From Lama glama (taxonomy: Eukaryota): DNA of 64,000 bases. The position numbers and the translations under genes were made by a program. Within the stretch, counting starts at the first letter, position 1; each line of letters begins with the position of its first letter. The notes under the pieces were generated by a model, which saw nothing but the letters and a program-made list of their open reading frames with translations, was not told the origin of the DNA and made no database searches. Positions 1 through 11,403 of the stretch are shown here, piece by piece. The stretch covers positions 20,834,001 to 20,898,000 of the forward strand of contig CM052818.1 in the NCBI GenBank assembly GCA_028534125.1, given 5' to 3'.

Positions 1-1869
1 ATTTAAATTATGAATAGCTGGACAAACATTGCTGATTTTAAAAACGAATACTGTTCAAAGAAAGAATATTAGTTAGATGAAATAATAGTAGCTATAATAT
101 TATTTCAGTAGAATCTAAAATACTTTTGTTTTAATAACAGCTAAAATGCTAAAGGCAGTCCTCCAAATCTTGTCTTAGAAAATGGGGAGAGCTGATTTTA
201 AAAACACATGCCTGTCATTATTTCTGGAGAGAGACGCAGCCAGTGTGGTCGAATGACAACATATCCCTAACTGACCCCTCAAGACGTTGCTGGAAAGTGG
301 CTTGGTGTTACTCCCAAGAAAACACTCCAGAGTGAGAGCAGGATAATGCAGGGTTGGCTCTGCTGAGTTCTGTGGGACATGGGAAATGGTGGTTTAGCTT
401 GGCCTTGTCATATCCTGAGAACACAACTTGAGTAAGTTGGATTTACTTGCTATTTATTTCGTCTTTGGACTATGTTTTAGATATATTCATGCTCATTAGC
501 ACCTCTGTTTGTTAATGAGCCTGCGCGGGAAAGTAGGAAAGACAGAACAATCCCCTTTCCTCCTTTGTACCTCTCTGTTAGATCATTTGATGATATTAGA
601 CAGTGAAGTGGTTTTCCAAAATGAGTTTCTGGAACCCTTAGTGGATTTTCTATATCCAGGCCATCTTTATTCCTCATTATTATGGATAATGAGGAGTCAC
701 TGTAAAAGGAGAATCATCTTCCCAGATGAAATTTTTCATGGTAAAACCTCAGAGGTGGGAATTTGTATTTTATTTCCACGCCTCCTCTGTGGGATCAGTT
801 CTGGACAAAGACAAAACAAAACAAAAAACCCAACTCTTCAGTGGTAATATTACTCTGTTAAAAACTATTTTATGGTTAATATTGTAGAGATTATGAAATA
901 TTTTAATGTAGGTTTGTAAAAGGTAATAAGGTTCCTCATTTGTCCTATATTGTTTTTCCAAATCTTTTAAAACATTTTGATCCGTTAGTTATGTGTTACT
1001 GTGGAGTGGGATATAGAAAAGAGTCTGCTCCATGGATATTCACTTAGATGACTTCTACCTGGATTTTGCCCCCTGTACTAAAGCATTATTTTGAAATAGA
1101 TAAAACACAAAGGTGAAAGAGACATAGAGGAAATTGTTTTAAAAATCTGGCATTATTCACATAGATGAATTCCTTGCCAAAAATGTTTTTGCAATCTTGT
1201 CCCTGAACTCTCAAGTCCCAGGATATGGGCTGTACTTCAATCTCTGATTTACTAGGTGTTATGAATGAAATTCAAACTTAGCCTTGCAATTCAGGAATTT
1301 CATTTACTATTGACCATAACTGAGCTGTTTCTATAATTGAACAAAAACAATTAATTGTCCTTGACTGGGGGTATGAACTCATGTATTAGAATTTGCTAAT
1401 TATTCCTAAATTTAGAATTTTAAAATTTCTGTTCTGGGGTTTTTTTGTTTTTGTTTTTGTTTTTTTTCACTGCTGGATGAATTTTGCTTCTTATGTTGAA
1501 GTATATTGACTTTAGTTTTCTCAGGTTCTTAGAAATCACTGACAGTGTAATAAGCCATGTACATGTATACATATCCTGGTAGAACACCATTACTTATCTT
1601 TAAAAGAAATGTGAAATTTTAGTGTGATTTGAAAAACCTTTTACCAACAATACCTTAAATTATTAACAATGAAGTATCTAATTTCCTGTATCTTTTGTTT
1701 GCTTACTCTTTGTATGACATTGACCTTGGACAATGAAACTAGATCAATTTCAGTTTCTACTTAAGTTCACCTTCTGGTTTTCATACACCAGCACAAAAGT
1801 CACTGTTAGGATTTCTAAAACTTTAAGGTATTTTCATGGTGTTTAAAACTAGGATTATCGTGTATGATT

Positions 1870-2860
1870 GAAAAAAATTTATAACATTAAAGGTACTACC
1901 ATAAAGGAAAAGATTATTAAGTTCTACTGCATTAGAATCTAAAACATCTCTGAATAATACATAGAAAATCCACAGACAAGGAGAAGTTATTTACATCACA
2001 TACAACCTATAAAGGATCTATGTAAGTTCTCCTACAAATTAAGAGAAAAATAGGCAGGGGATATGAACAAGCAATTGACAGAAGAGGAGACATAAAAAAA
2101 CAATAAAGGTATGAAAAAATTATCACTCTGACTAGTAATTGGGGAAACGCAAACTAAAGCCAGAATGGAAAACCTTTCAGGTTGTCAAAATTTAGTCTGA
2201 CAATTTAGATGTTAGCAAACATGTGCAACATTGAAAATCGTATACATTACTTGTAGAAGTAAATACTGGTACAACCTCTTTGGAGAGCAGTTGGAAAGTA
2301 GTAAAGTGGGAGATGGGGATTCTCTTCAATTTAACAGTTTTATTGCTAGATATACATAGCCTTGAAAAAATATCACACATGTGCACAGGAAGACGTGTAA
2401 GAAGTTCACTGAAGCTCTATTTATAGAAGTAAAAATTTGGAAACAGTATGTCCATCATCTGGAAAACAGGAAAATAAACTGTAGTATACTCAGATGGTGG
2501 AACATTATATAGGAGTGAAGTTGACCCCATAGAGATACCTATATTAATATGGATAAGCCTCATACACTATAATATTAAGAGAGAAAGCAAGTTGCAGAAT
2601 ATATATTTTATGATTGGTATAGAATTTTAAAATATGAAAAATAATACTGCATACTATTTATGAATACATATATATATAGTAAGGATATAGAAATAAGTAC
2701 TGGAATTTAAGATAGTGGCTACCTTGGTTGGAGCATGAGATGGGAGGAGGATGGGAACTGGGAGGGTACATTATTTTGTATTTCTTAAGTTGTTTGGTGG
2801 GTACATGCTATCTCCTATATTATAGTCTATAACTTTTTGTTAAACAAGTTAAACTTTATA
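1870..2860 (+). mobile_element. Ancient LINE-1 (L1M-type) ORF2 end and 3' UTR, degraded
   Basis: A-rich sequence with L1 motifs such as 'gatatgaacaagcaattgacagaagagga', 'ggtacaacctctttggagagcagttgg' and 'aaataaactgtagtatactcagatggtggaacattat'. Confidence 0.8.
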
Positions 2861-3469
2861 TAAAGATACAGGAAAGCTTGGTCAAATGATCAAGGTGTTT
2901 TATCTCAGAAACCTTGGCTTTCAGTTGGTTTTAATTTCTTCCTTATATGTGTGTTTATGTGTTTATGTATTTTACAGTGAGGATTTATATAATCAGAAAA
3001 AATAAAGCTATTTTCATTTTTCAATGAAAATGAAACAATACATTTAATATTAGGTTACATTTCTCTTCATAATATTATTTTAAATCTTTATCTTTTGAGA
3101 CCCTAATTTTGCACCAAATCAAATACTCTTTAATGCAAAGTTTTAACACTAACCTTAAATTCTTTTCTCATTACACAAATATTGGATTTTTCTTCTGTGA
3201 ATCTTAAGAATTAAATAATATTTGTTTTGCTCCACTATTTGAAATGGTCATTTCAGAGACATGGCCTAGGAAGAACCTGTAGACTATTATAACTTTTAGT
3301 GCTTATTCACAGGGCAGAGTTGGTTAGAACAGATGTTTAAGGAATTATAGAATAATGTGTTATAATAATGTTACCACAATATGACTAGCATTCATCCTAT
3401 ACTATTTTCTTCTCACCACTATCCCTCCAACACACTTCTAAATTACCTAAATTAGAAACCTTAAGATTA

Positions 3470-3609
3470 AACAGGGGAGCTTTTAAAAATCCTAGCCTAG
3501 GCCACATCCCCAGAGAATTTAGTTTAATTGGCCTGGGGTGGGCCCTAGATGTCAACAAACATTTAAAAAATTTCACAGGTGATTCTAATGTACAGGCAGG
3601 GCTGTGCCC
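3470..3609. mobile_element. MER5-family hAT-Charlie MITE fragment
   Basis: 'ggggagcttttaaaaat...ccccagaga...aattggcctggggtgggccc...caggtgattctaatgtacag'. Confidence 0.75.
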
Positions 3610-3774
3610 CAGTGATTCTGAAAGTATGGTCCCTGGACCAGCAACATCAACATCATCTGAGAACTTGTTAGAAATGCAAATTTTTGCATCCGCTTCCTAG
3701 ACCCATAGGATCGCAAATTCTATAGATGAGGCATTGTAATCTGTGTTTTAATGGCTAAGGTTTGACAACCACTG
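3610..3774 (+). mobile_element. MER5A-like MITE
   Basis: Terminal inverted repeats cagtgattct...acaaccactg and the internal motif 'ggtccctggaccagcaacatcaacatcatctgagaacttgttagaaatgcaaat'. Confidence 0.85.
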
Positions 3775-3779
3775 GTCTC

Positions 3780-3945
3780 TAATGCTTCTCAAGCTTGAAT
3801 GTACATATAAAACTTTTTGAGGTCTTGTTAAAATGCAGGTTCTGATTCACTTGGTCTAAGGTGGGCCTTGAGATTCTGCTTTTCTAATAAAACTCCCAGG
3901 TGATACCAATGCTGTTGGTCTGAGGATTACACTTTGAGTAGCAGG
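3780..3945 (-). mobile_element. MER5A-like MITE in opposite orientation to its neighbour
   Basis: 'ttgttaaaatgcaggttctgattca...attctgcttttctaataaaactcccaggtgataccaatgctgttggtctgaggattacactttgag' is the reverse complement of the MER5A layout. Confidence 0.8.
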
Positions 3946-4629
3946 AGACCCTACTGAAAGCCTCTTCTGCCCTACCCTAGACCTGTGGGATGAGAATCTG
4001 ATTTTAGCAAGATTTCCAGGTATTTTGAATGTACATCACAGTATTTGTAATGTAGAAGGAAAATCAGAACATGCCATTATCTAAAGGAGACGAGAGTTGG
4101 AGAAGCAAAAATCAATATTGTAAACACTGAAAAAAAAATAAAGATAGGATAAGAATTGAAAATGTATCTTTCATGTTTAATTTTTTTAAATGTTGACAGT
4201 GACTATACAAGAATAATTTCATTGGAGTAGTAGAGGCAGAAGTGTATACAGATCTTTAAAGAAGAGAATTTTTAAAGGAAGTCAGGATTTAAACGTGTTT
4301 AAATGTTGCTAGGAAGAAGGGAGACGATGTAGATGCTGGAGAGAGAGGAAGCTAGATGCCTGAGGAGATGACACCCACAGCTCACCTAAGAAGTAGCCTA
4401 AGGAAGCAGATGGAAGCCTTCAGAAGAGGGAAGCTCCTGGGGGTTGGGGGTGGGGCTGGGAAGAAGTAGAAGAGAGCAGGACTGGGAGGGGTCGCCCCTC
4501 TACTCCCCACACCTGGAGATTTTTATTTTGTCTATGAAGTAGGAGCCTACATTTCACACTCCTCACCGCCCCGACCCCTGGAAAAAAAAACTGCTAGTTT
4601 TAAAATTTCTGAAATCACAATATTCTGTT

Positions 4630-4762
4630 TACTGTCTCTCCCCTAATAGAATGTAAATTGTCACATGAAGGCAAGGTGTTTCCACCTCTAGCCACAGCTC
4701 CCAGGCCTGGCCTGCAATAGATATTCAACAAGTATTTGCTGAAATGAGTGAATGAATGAATG
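4630..4762 (+). mobile_element. LINE-2 3' end
   Basis: 'gtctctcccctaatagaatgtaaa...' ending in 'tattcaacaagtatttgctgaaatgagtgaatgaatgaatg'. Confidence 0.75.
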
Positions 4763-7693
4763 GTAGATTATCAGTATAGTTGCTTATTTATTGTATTTTT
4801 TAACTCTGTTGTGAACACACTATAAAAGTTTATAGCCTCTTAAAATTTTTGTTGAGTAAACCTGAAATGTTGGTTATTAGTTTTTTTTTTAATGAATCTC
4901 TTTTTGGAAAAAGCATTTGAGAATTTAGGAGCAGAGAGCATTAGTATAGCATGTGGTTGGAGTGAGAATGGCTGCGGAAAGTAAAGAAGGATTACAACTG
5001 ATGAAAGAATAGAGTTCTTTATAGCACATATCTCTTCATTCCTTTCTCCCCTTCGACAACACATCTTATCCTCTATGGAAATAATTCTCACTGGGACAGG
5101 TCAGAGGGAGCACTTATATAGGAATGTTCTTTGATTGTGACTAAATCAGTATTTCTGAGGATCTATGATTAATATAGTGTAATATCTTTATCAAAGAAAA
5201 AATCTTTGTTACCATGGAATTCATTGGATAGAATCTTTCCTTTAAAGTGAAGTTCTCTTTTAAAGTGTAAGTTTATGGAAATTCTTAAAAATTTTATCTT
5301 TGTTTGCCACACAGCCCTAAAGAGCTTTTTAGTGTACTGGTTAGTTCTAATACTGGTTTTTTGTGGATGGGTAGTCTGTAGATTAAAAATAGTGGAATAC
5401 AATTATTGCAAAAATGTTTAACTCTGGCATTCATATAGCTATTACTTTCTGTTTTGCTGAGTAGCTGTCTATAATTATGTGTGGATAATTGTTTGGCATA
5501 CTAAAGAGAGAATCTGGGATGTAGTTCTTTATTCAGTACAAACAGTACAAAAAACTACTGTCTGTGTAATATAATAATGTTCATATTAGAAAGAATTATT
5601 GAAAACTCAAATATAAGATGGTGCTAGACAATTATAGCAACTAGAAAGAAATAAAATGTGTAAATTTTAGGGGGGCCACTTCTGAGCATTTAAAAACTGT
5701 GTTCTGAATATCTGATACTGTCTAGAAATGTTGATCAACTCATTCCTCTACATATATATATTGGGGGTGCGTGTTGAGCATGAGCTTGAAAAATACCACA
5801 GGTAAATGTAATTACTGGTAAGTTTATGTTCTATTTTAAATTCAAGGGGAAGGCATCATTATTATCATAGCGACAATATGCATTAAATGCATGATCCTGT
5901 AGAAAGGACTGTGAGTTTAATAGAATTTAGGTCAGAAATGAACTGCCTGCAAAATGCTTATAACTTGGTACAGAGACAGGAAAACTGGCCTTGGTAAACT
6001 ATGGTAGGAGTTCGCTGATGGCACATTTCTCCACCAAATCTCTTATGCTACGGACAGTTGGGTTACAATGGCTTTCTTTCTGGTGATCATGGGAAGGAAT
6101 TATAAGGGTAAAACCCTGTATTGAGGAAAAATTAGGTTGAGAAGTTTTTTAATGGGTTATTCTCAATAATTTAAAATATCATTACAGGTAAGAAAAATTC
6201 ATTTGCCTGGATTTGTGTAGAATGAAGATTGTTTCTCAATTTTGCAGAAACGTGTGTTGTTTCTTTTTGAACAACTCACTTTAGAAGATACCTTTGGTTT
6301 GGGGTGAGATAGGCTAGTTGGCTGCCTTCTTTGTGCACTGTTAAACTCTGGTGATATATTTTCTTTAATAATCTAGATCAGGCTACCCAAGCTGTTTATT
6401 ATCCAGTATTATTAAAAAAAGATGTATTTTATTTTGAAATGTATAATTGAAAGGGAGAATTTTCTCCTGACATATACGAGGCTTTTGTTTCATTATTTAT
6501 TTGGAATAAATGGGGCCAGAGAGTGTAAGTGCAGTTAGGTTTTGTTGGAGGTGGGGCTCTCAAAGACTTTTTGAGGCATGATGTGCACGTGAGTGTTTTT
6601 AAATCTCAGAGGTGTGATTATGTCATAACAGCCATAACCTCTGGGCTTGCTTTATTACTTTTATTAAAACAAATCTGTATGGGGGTGCTATGTATATTTT
6701 GGTGATGAAGGAAATGAGGTGGTTAATTTATTATGTGAACAGCACTTTCAACTAACCACAGCGTGATTCACTGAGAGAGCAGTGGAAAAGCCTAGCTCTG
6801 TAGAAATGACTGCTTTTTGATTTGTGGACCTTAACTTTCAACACCAGAGCATGAAGTTTATCTACAAAATGGTTCCTTCTTTTTTTTTTTTTCCTCCTCC
6901 TGTAATGTTTTTGTCCGATTTTAAACTCGAAAAATTTTCCTTGATTTTATTTTGGGTATTTACCGAATGTGAATGATCTAAACAGTTCTGCAAGTTAAGG
7001 GTAGGTGGGGGAAGAAGGGGACCCATGTGTTAGGGCATTAGGGAAGTGGGTAACATGTTTGCAGTTTCCAGATAGCCCACACATACCTCAGAGAAGGACT
7101 CCATAAAATCAATCAATCTGCTAAGCCCTCCACCAATGGGGATAACTATCTGGTATCAGATATGAGTTAAGGAAAAGTGAGGCACCTGTTTTTCTTCTCT
7201 TTTATAGGATGCATTCATAAACAGATGCTATAGAGGAAAAGAAATTAATCTCATGTGAATTAGTCTCTGACAAATGTTTGTTTGGAAGTAGGGGTTGATT
7301 ATGAGGGAAGAGGAGGATGTCATGCCACCTAGAAGTACACGGTACAGGATGAAATCAAAAGAAGAGTCATCCATCTAATGAGCTTGCAGGGTATAAAGCA
7401 CTGGTGTATACCCATAAACAGGCATTGAAAGACCAAGAAAAGATTGTTTTCTCTGGAGTTGTGCCATATCCAGCATCATCTGGTGATGTGAACCTGCCTA
7501 GAGAGGGAGTGGAAAATAGGTCATCTTCCTGGCAATTTTTTTGAAAGATCCCTTTGTTTTCCAGATCTGCCAAGTACCAACTATTTATAGACAGAAAGAT
7601 TTGGAAATCAGTAAGGCCTTTAATTGATAAGAATTCATTAAAGCACTTTATACCTGGAATATTACAAGGAGCCATGAGAGTAAGGATGACTAT

Positions 7694-7738
7694 CTTTTTT
7701 TAATGACTGAAGTATAGTTGATTTACAATGTTGTATTG
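7694..7738 (-). mobile_element. Short L1 3'-terminal fragment (cetartiodactyl-type tail)
   Basis: T-run followed by 'tgaagtatagttgatttacaatgttgt', the antisense 3' terminus typical of younger artiodactyl L1s. Confidence 0.6.
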
Positions 7739-9084
7739 ATCAGTTTTATACTTTATCTCTGCTTCTTTGGAGTGACACACCACATATCTCTTTAGAGCCC
7801 TAAATTTGCTCTAAAAATTATGTCATTCCCTCATAGTGCTTCCCCAGAGAGTTGGCAAAGGCCAGGAGAAACATTATTTGTATAGTATAAAGATAGTGTA
7901 GAGGAGGGTGGTCCAAGCCTGTGGTTTATGTAAACAGGGTGGACTGGGAGGGAGCACTGGCACCCCGGGTTAGGTTGTTACTCAGTCATCATGAGCTGTC
8001 AGTCCTGGTGAGAATGTGTCCACTTTGAGACAGATTCAGTCACAGTGATTAGTAATGACCAGACTATGGGAGAAATTTAATTTTAAAAGAAGTTAGATTG
8101 TAGGCAAGACTTCATGTTAATGATTTGTTGAGCCTTACAAACTTTGAGTTTGTAAGTAGATGAAACCATATTTTGGACATTCCAAGAGACATTATGTTTG
8201 ACATCATGTAAACTAGCATTTAATTTGTTCAAAGTGGATTTGTCTTCATAACAGTTTGGTTACTTTTTAAAAGATTGAGATTTTAAAATTATTCTTGGAG
8301 ATTGTCTTTTGAAAGTCTGTAACTCCTCCTTCCCCTCCTAAACGTCCATTGAAAAGCAATGCAGAACATGACAGTGATTTTTAAAATCCTGGATAATGGG
8401 GAAATCTTAATTCCAAATGTGCCCTTCTCTGCCTCCTTCAGCAGTGTCTCCTGCTGTGTGTTTCCTCCTTCCTTGTCTGCCTTCCACTCTACTGTGAACT
8501 GCTTTTTGAAGAGGTCATCTGTTCCCTAGTCCCTTACTCAGGGCTCCTGTCTTCATATGGTGTGAAACACAACCAGACTTTTTTAAAAAAGTGATTCTAC
8601 CCCTGTTTATGATTTGAAACCTACCCAGATATGTGTGGATGAATTTAAGCAACTTTATGAGTTTTTCAAAAAACAAATTTACGGGCATGCTGCCAGAGTA
8701 GTAGTAACTGAACATAGACCCAGTGATGACAGCAGAACACAGAAGACATCCAACCCAATCTGCTAGGATGCGGGTGTGGTTTTAAATAAAATAGAATTAT
8801 AGTTGAGAGTGAGACAGGAGATATCTTCTTGTAGAGGAATTCTGGGTTTATCATTAAGTTTGCAAAGGAAATTTGGATTCTAGATTAAAATACTTGGTTA
8901 GTTGTACCTGTAACTATGTAACTATGTTCATTGACATATGCCCCTCCTTGCAGTTGGGTAGTCATAAGTCAGAGTGTGTCTAAAGGGAACCTGCCTTAAA
9001 CTGAGATTGCATAAATGTTCTCACTGGTCCTTTCCTCATTTACTGTGGTTCAGTGAAGTGGAACACAAAGCCCCAGGGCACCAA

Positions 9085-9205
9085 AGTAAGCTGTGGTCTT
9101 ATTTTGGTTTAGCTATGTTTGCTTTGTGACCTTGGGAAAGTAGTTTTACTTCTTCATGCCCTGTTGGAAAATAAAATAAGGTTGTCTAAATGGTTTCTGA
9201 AAGAC
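9085..9205 (+). mobile_element. MIR SINE fragment
   Basis: Core motif 'tttgtgaccttgggaaagtagttttacttcttcatgccc'. Confidence 0.55.
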
Positions 9206-10256
9206 TATTAAAAGGAAATTTTATACACACATACATGAAAATGCCTGGAGGTGCAAAGGTAGAAGTGATTTTGCTTCATGTGATGGGATCGTCACATAAA
9301 CAGATTCCGTTTATGTGGGTGGGTTTTTAAAAAAAACCTTTTATATTAAGGTTCTGTTTATTCCTATTATTTATTCATATGCTAAGCTTCTCAAGTATTC
9401 CTAGAGTCATTTAATTTCAGGTTACAAGGGACCGTAGAGGTCATTTAGTTCACACTGGCATGTACAAGCATGTTCATTGCCTTCTGCTAAAAGGGGGGAG
9501 CGGTGGAAGAATCTGTGAGGAAGGCTTCCAGAACAAAGGATCAGAGTGGCGGCATTGCTGTGGTCATAATCCAGGAATGAGGAAACAGGCCCATTGCCTG
9601 AGCTGCCTCATATAAATAGTAATGACAGGACGTGTTGCACAGGGAAAGATAGGCATTTGAAGTTGAATTGGAAAGTACACTTTAAACTTCTGTTAGTTAT
9701 TACCTACAGAATGTTTTGTAAATCTGTAGTGCTTTACTTGTTATCCTTGCGTATCTGATTCTTCTGTTGTGGTTCACATGTAATGTTTAAATTGACTCAG
9801 TATTTTGGAGGTGGGAGGGGAAGAGGGTAGAGTAGTCAAAAACAAACACAACAGCAACAGCAGAAACGAACTCAGTTTGTTGGGATGCACGATCTGGTTA
9901 TGGGTTGTCAATAAGAAACAGCTGTTTGTTTGTTGACAGCCTGCCTTCCCTCTCCCATAATCAAGCTGTTTCTCATCATATAATTACCAAGTCTTTAGTA
10001 TTTGAGGCTTGTTGTGGATTTATAGTTGGTTATATAGCATTTGCCAAAACGTCATAGTTTAGATAAAAAATTAGTGATTCCCCTGTAGTGATTCTACTGA
10101 AATATGAATGTGGGTTGTAATAAAAGAAAGATGCCTGAAGAGATTTCTGAAATTCATTTCAGCCTTAAGGGAATGTAGAGGGTGTTTGTTTTCTAACGAG
10201 GGAGTTTCAGTGTAACTCCTCTGTCTTGTAGACTCTATTGCCAGTCAGAAAAGGGT

Positions 10257-10421
10257 CCTTCCTTCCTTCTTTCTTCCCTTCTTCCCTTCTCTCTCCCTTC
10301 CTCATTCACTCTCTCTCTTTCTCCTTCCCTCCCTTCATTTCCCCTCCTTTCCTTCTTTCCCTTCCTTACTCTTTCTGCATTCCTTTTCTTCCTTCCTTTT
10401 CTTTCTCTTTCTTCTCTTTTC
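10257..10421. repeat. Polypyrimidine/polypurine low-complexity tract, degenerate (TTCC)n/(CT)n
   Basis: About 165 bp that is almost entirely C/T on the + strand. Confidence 0.95.
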
Positions 10422-11389
10422 ATGAATGTAGTTAGGCAGCATTGATACGGGCAGCAGAATAGATTTTCTTCTGCTCCATAAGGACATGGTTTTATTCTTT
10501 TGTTCTTTCTTTTTCTGTCTTCTTAATACGCTGTTCTGGTGTCAAAGCCAAGAAGGAAAGGAAAGTTAAGTTCTCTGAGAGTCCAAGGTGATGTTTCAGC
10601 CTCCTGTGTAGCTTTACTAGCTGAAAAAAATAAAGCCTGAATGTGCCTCCTACCCTAAAGAGAACCTATCGAGGACATTTTATAAACAGACCCATTTCAG
10701 TCTGTATTATGCTGAGCGAGGTCCATTTTGAAATAAGAGTAACCCTGTGTTTTAGGAAAACAAGCCAGAAAGGTGAGGTTTCTATTGCTTCATTTAGTTT
10801 TACTCTTCAAAATACAGCAAAAACATTTTCTAATCACACTTAAATTGCAGCTTCTCTAGGAATGGAAAAGTTTCTCTCCTTAACGAATCTTTTTGCAGTG
10901 CAGTTACTTCAAAAAAAAAAAATCCCTTTAAAGGCTACAGTACCACGAATCTTTATTTTCATAAACTCCAAAATAATGTCATAATTTCTTCTTCCTTTGA
11001 TGTGTTTAAGATTAAAATGGAGTTTAGATTATTTTTAGTAATGTCTTCTCTTTGATCTCAAAGGCATCACATAATTTTTCTCTAAATATATATTTTAAAG
11101 GATAAAGTAATACAGGAATAATGCTTTTTTTGTGATAGAAAGAGAATGCTTTAGTTTAAAATTTGTTAAAGGTAAAATTGTGAGGACAGAAGTATATTTT
11201 GCAAATATATGGCTTTTATTTCTATTGTTTGCATGTGTTCATACTATATTCTTCATCAGAAGTCCATTATACTTTTTTCTAAAAGCATAAATCATGGAAA
11301 TAGTTTGCTTTAAAAGAATGTGTCACAGTGCTTGCTCTCTCATAGCCAACTGATCCCAAATGTCAGTGGGAATATGACTAACAGTGATT

Positions 11390-11403
11390 TCACCAGGTGG
11401 CAG
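11390..11403 (+). promoter_or_regulatory. Candidate CTCF-binding motif TCACCAGGTGGCAG
   Basis: 13/14 match to the core CCASYAGRKGGCRS; this is a motif match only. Confidence 0.35.

Noticed and set aside
10235..10435. E/R/K-rich and F/S/P/L-rich ORFs on opposite strands
   Set aside because: They are translations of the pyrimidine/purine simple repeat.
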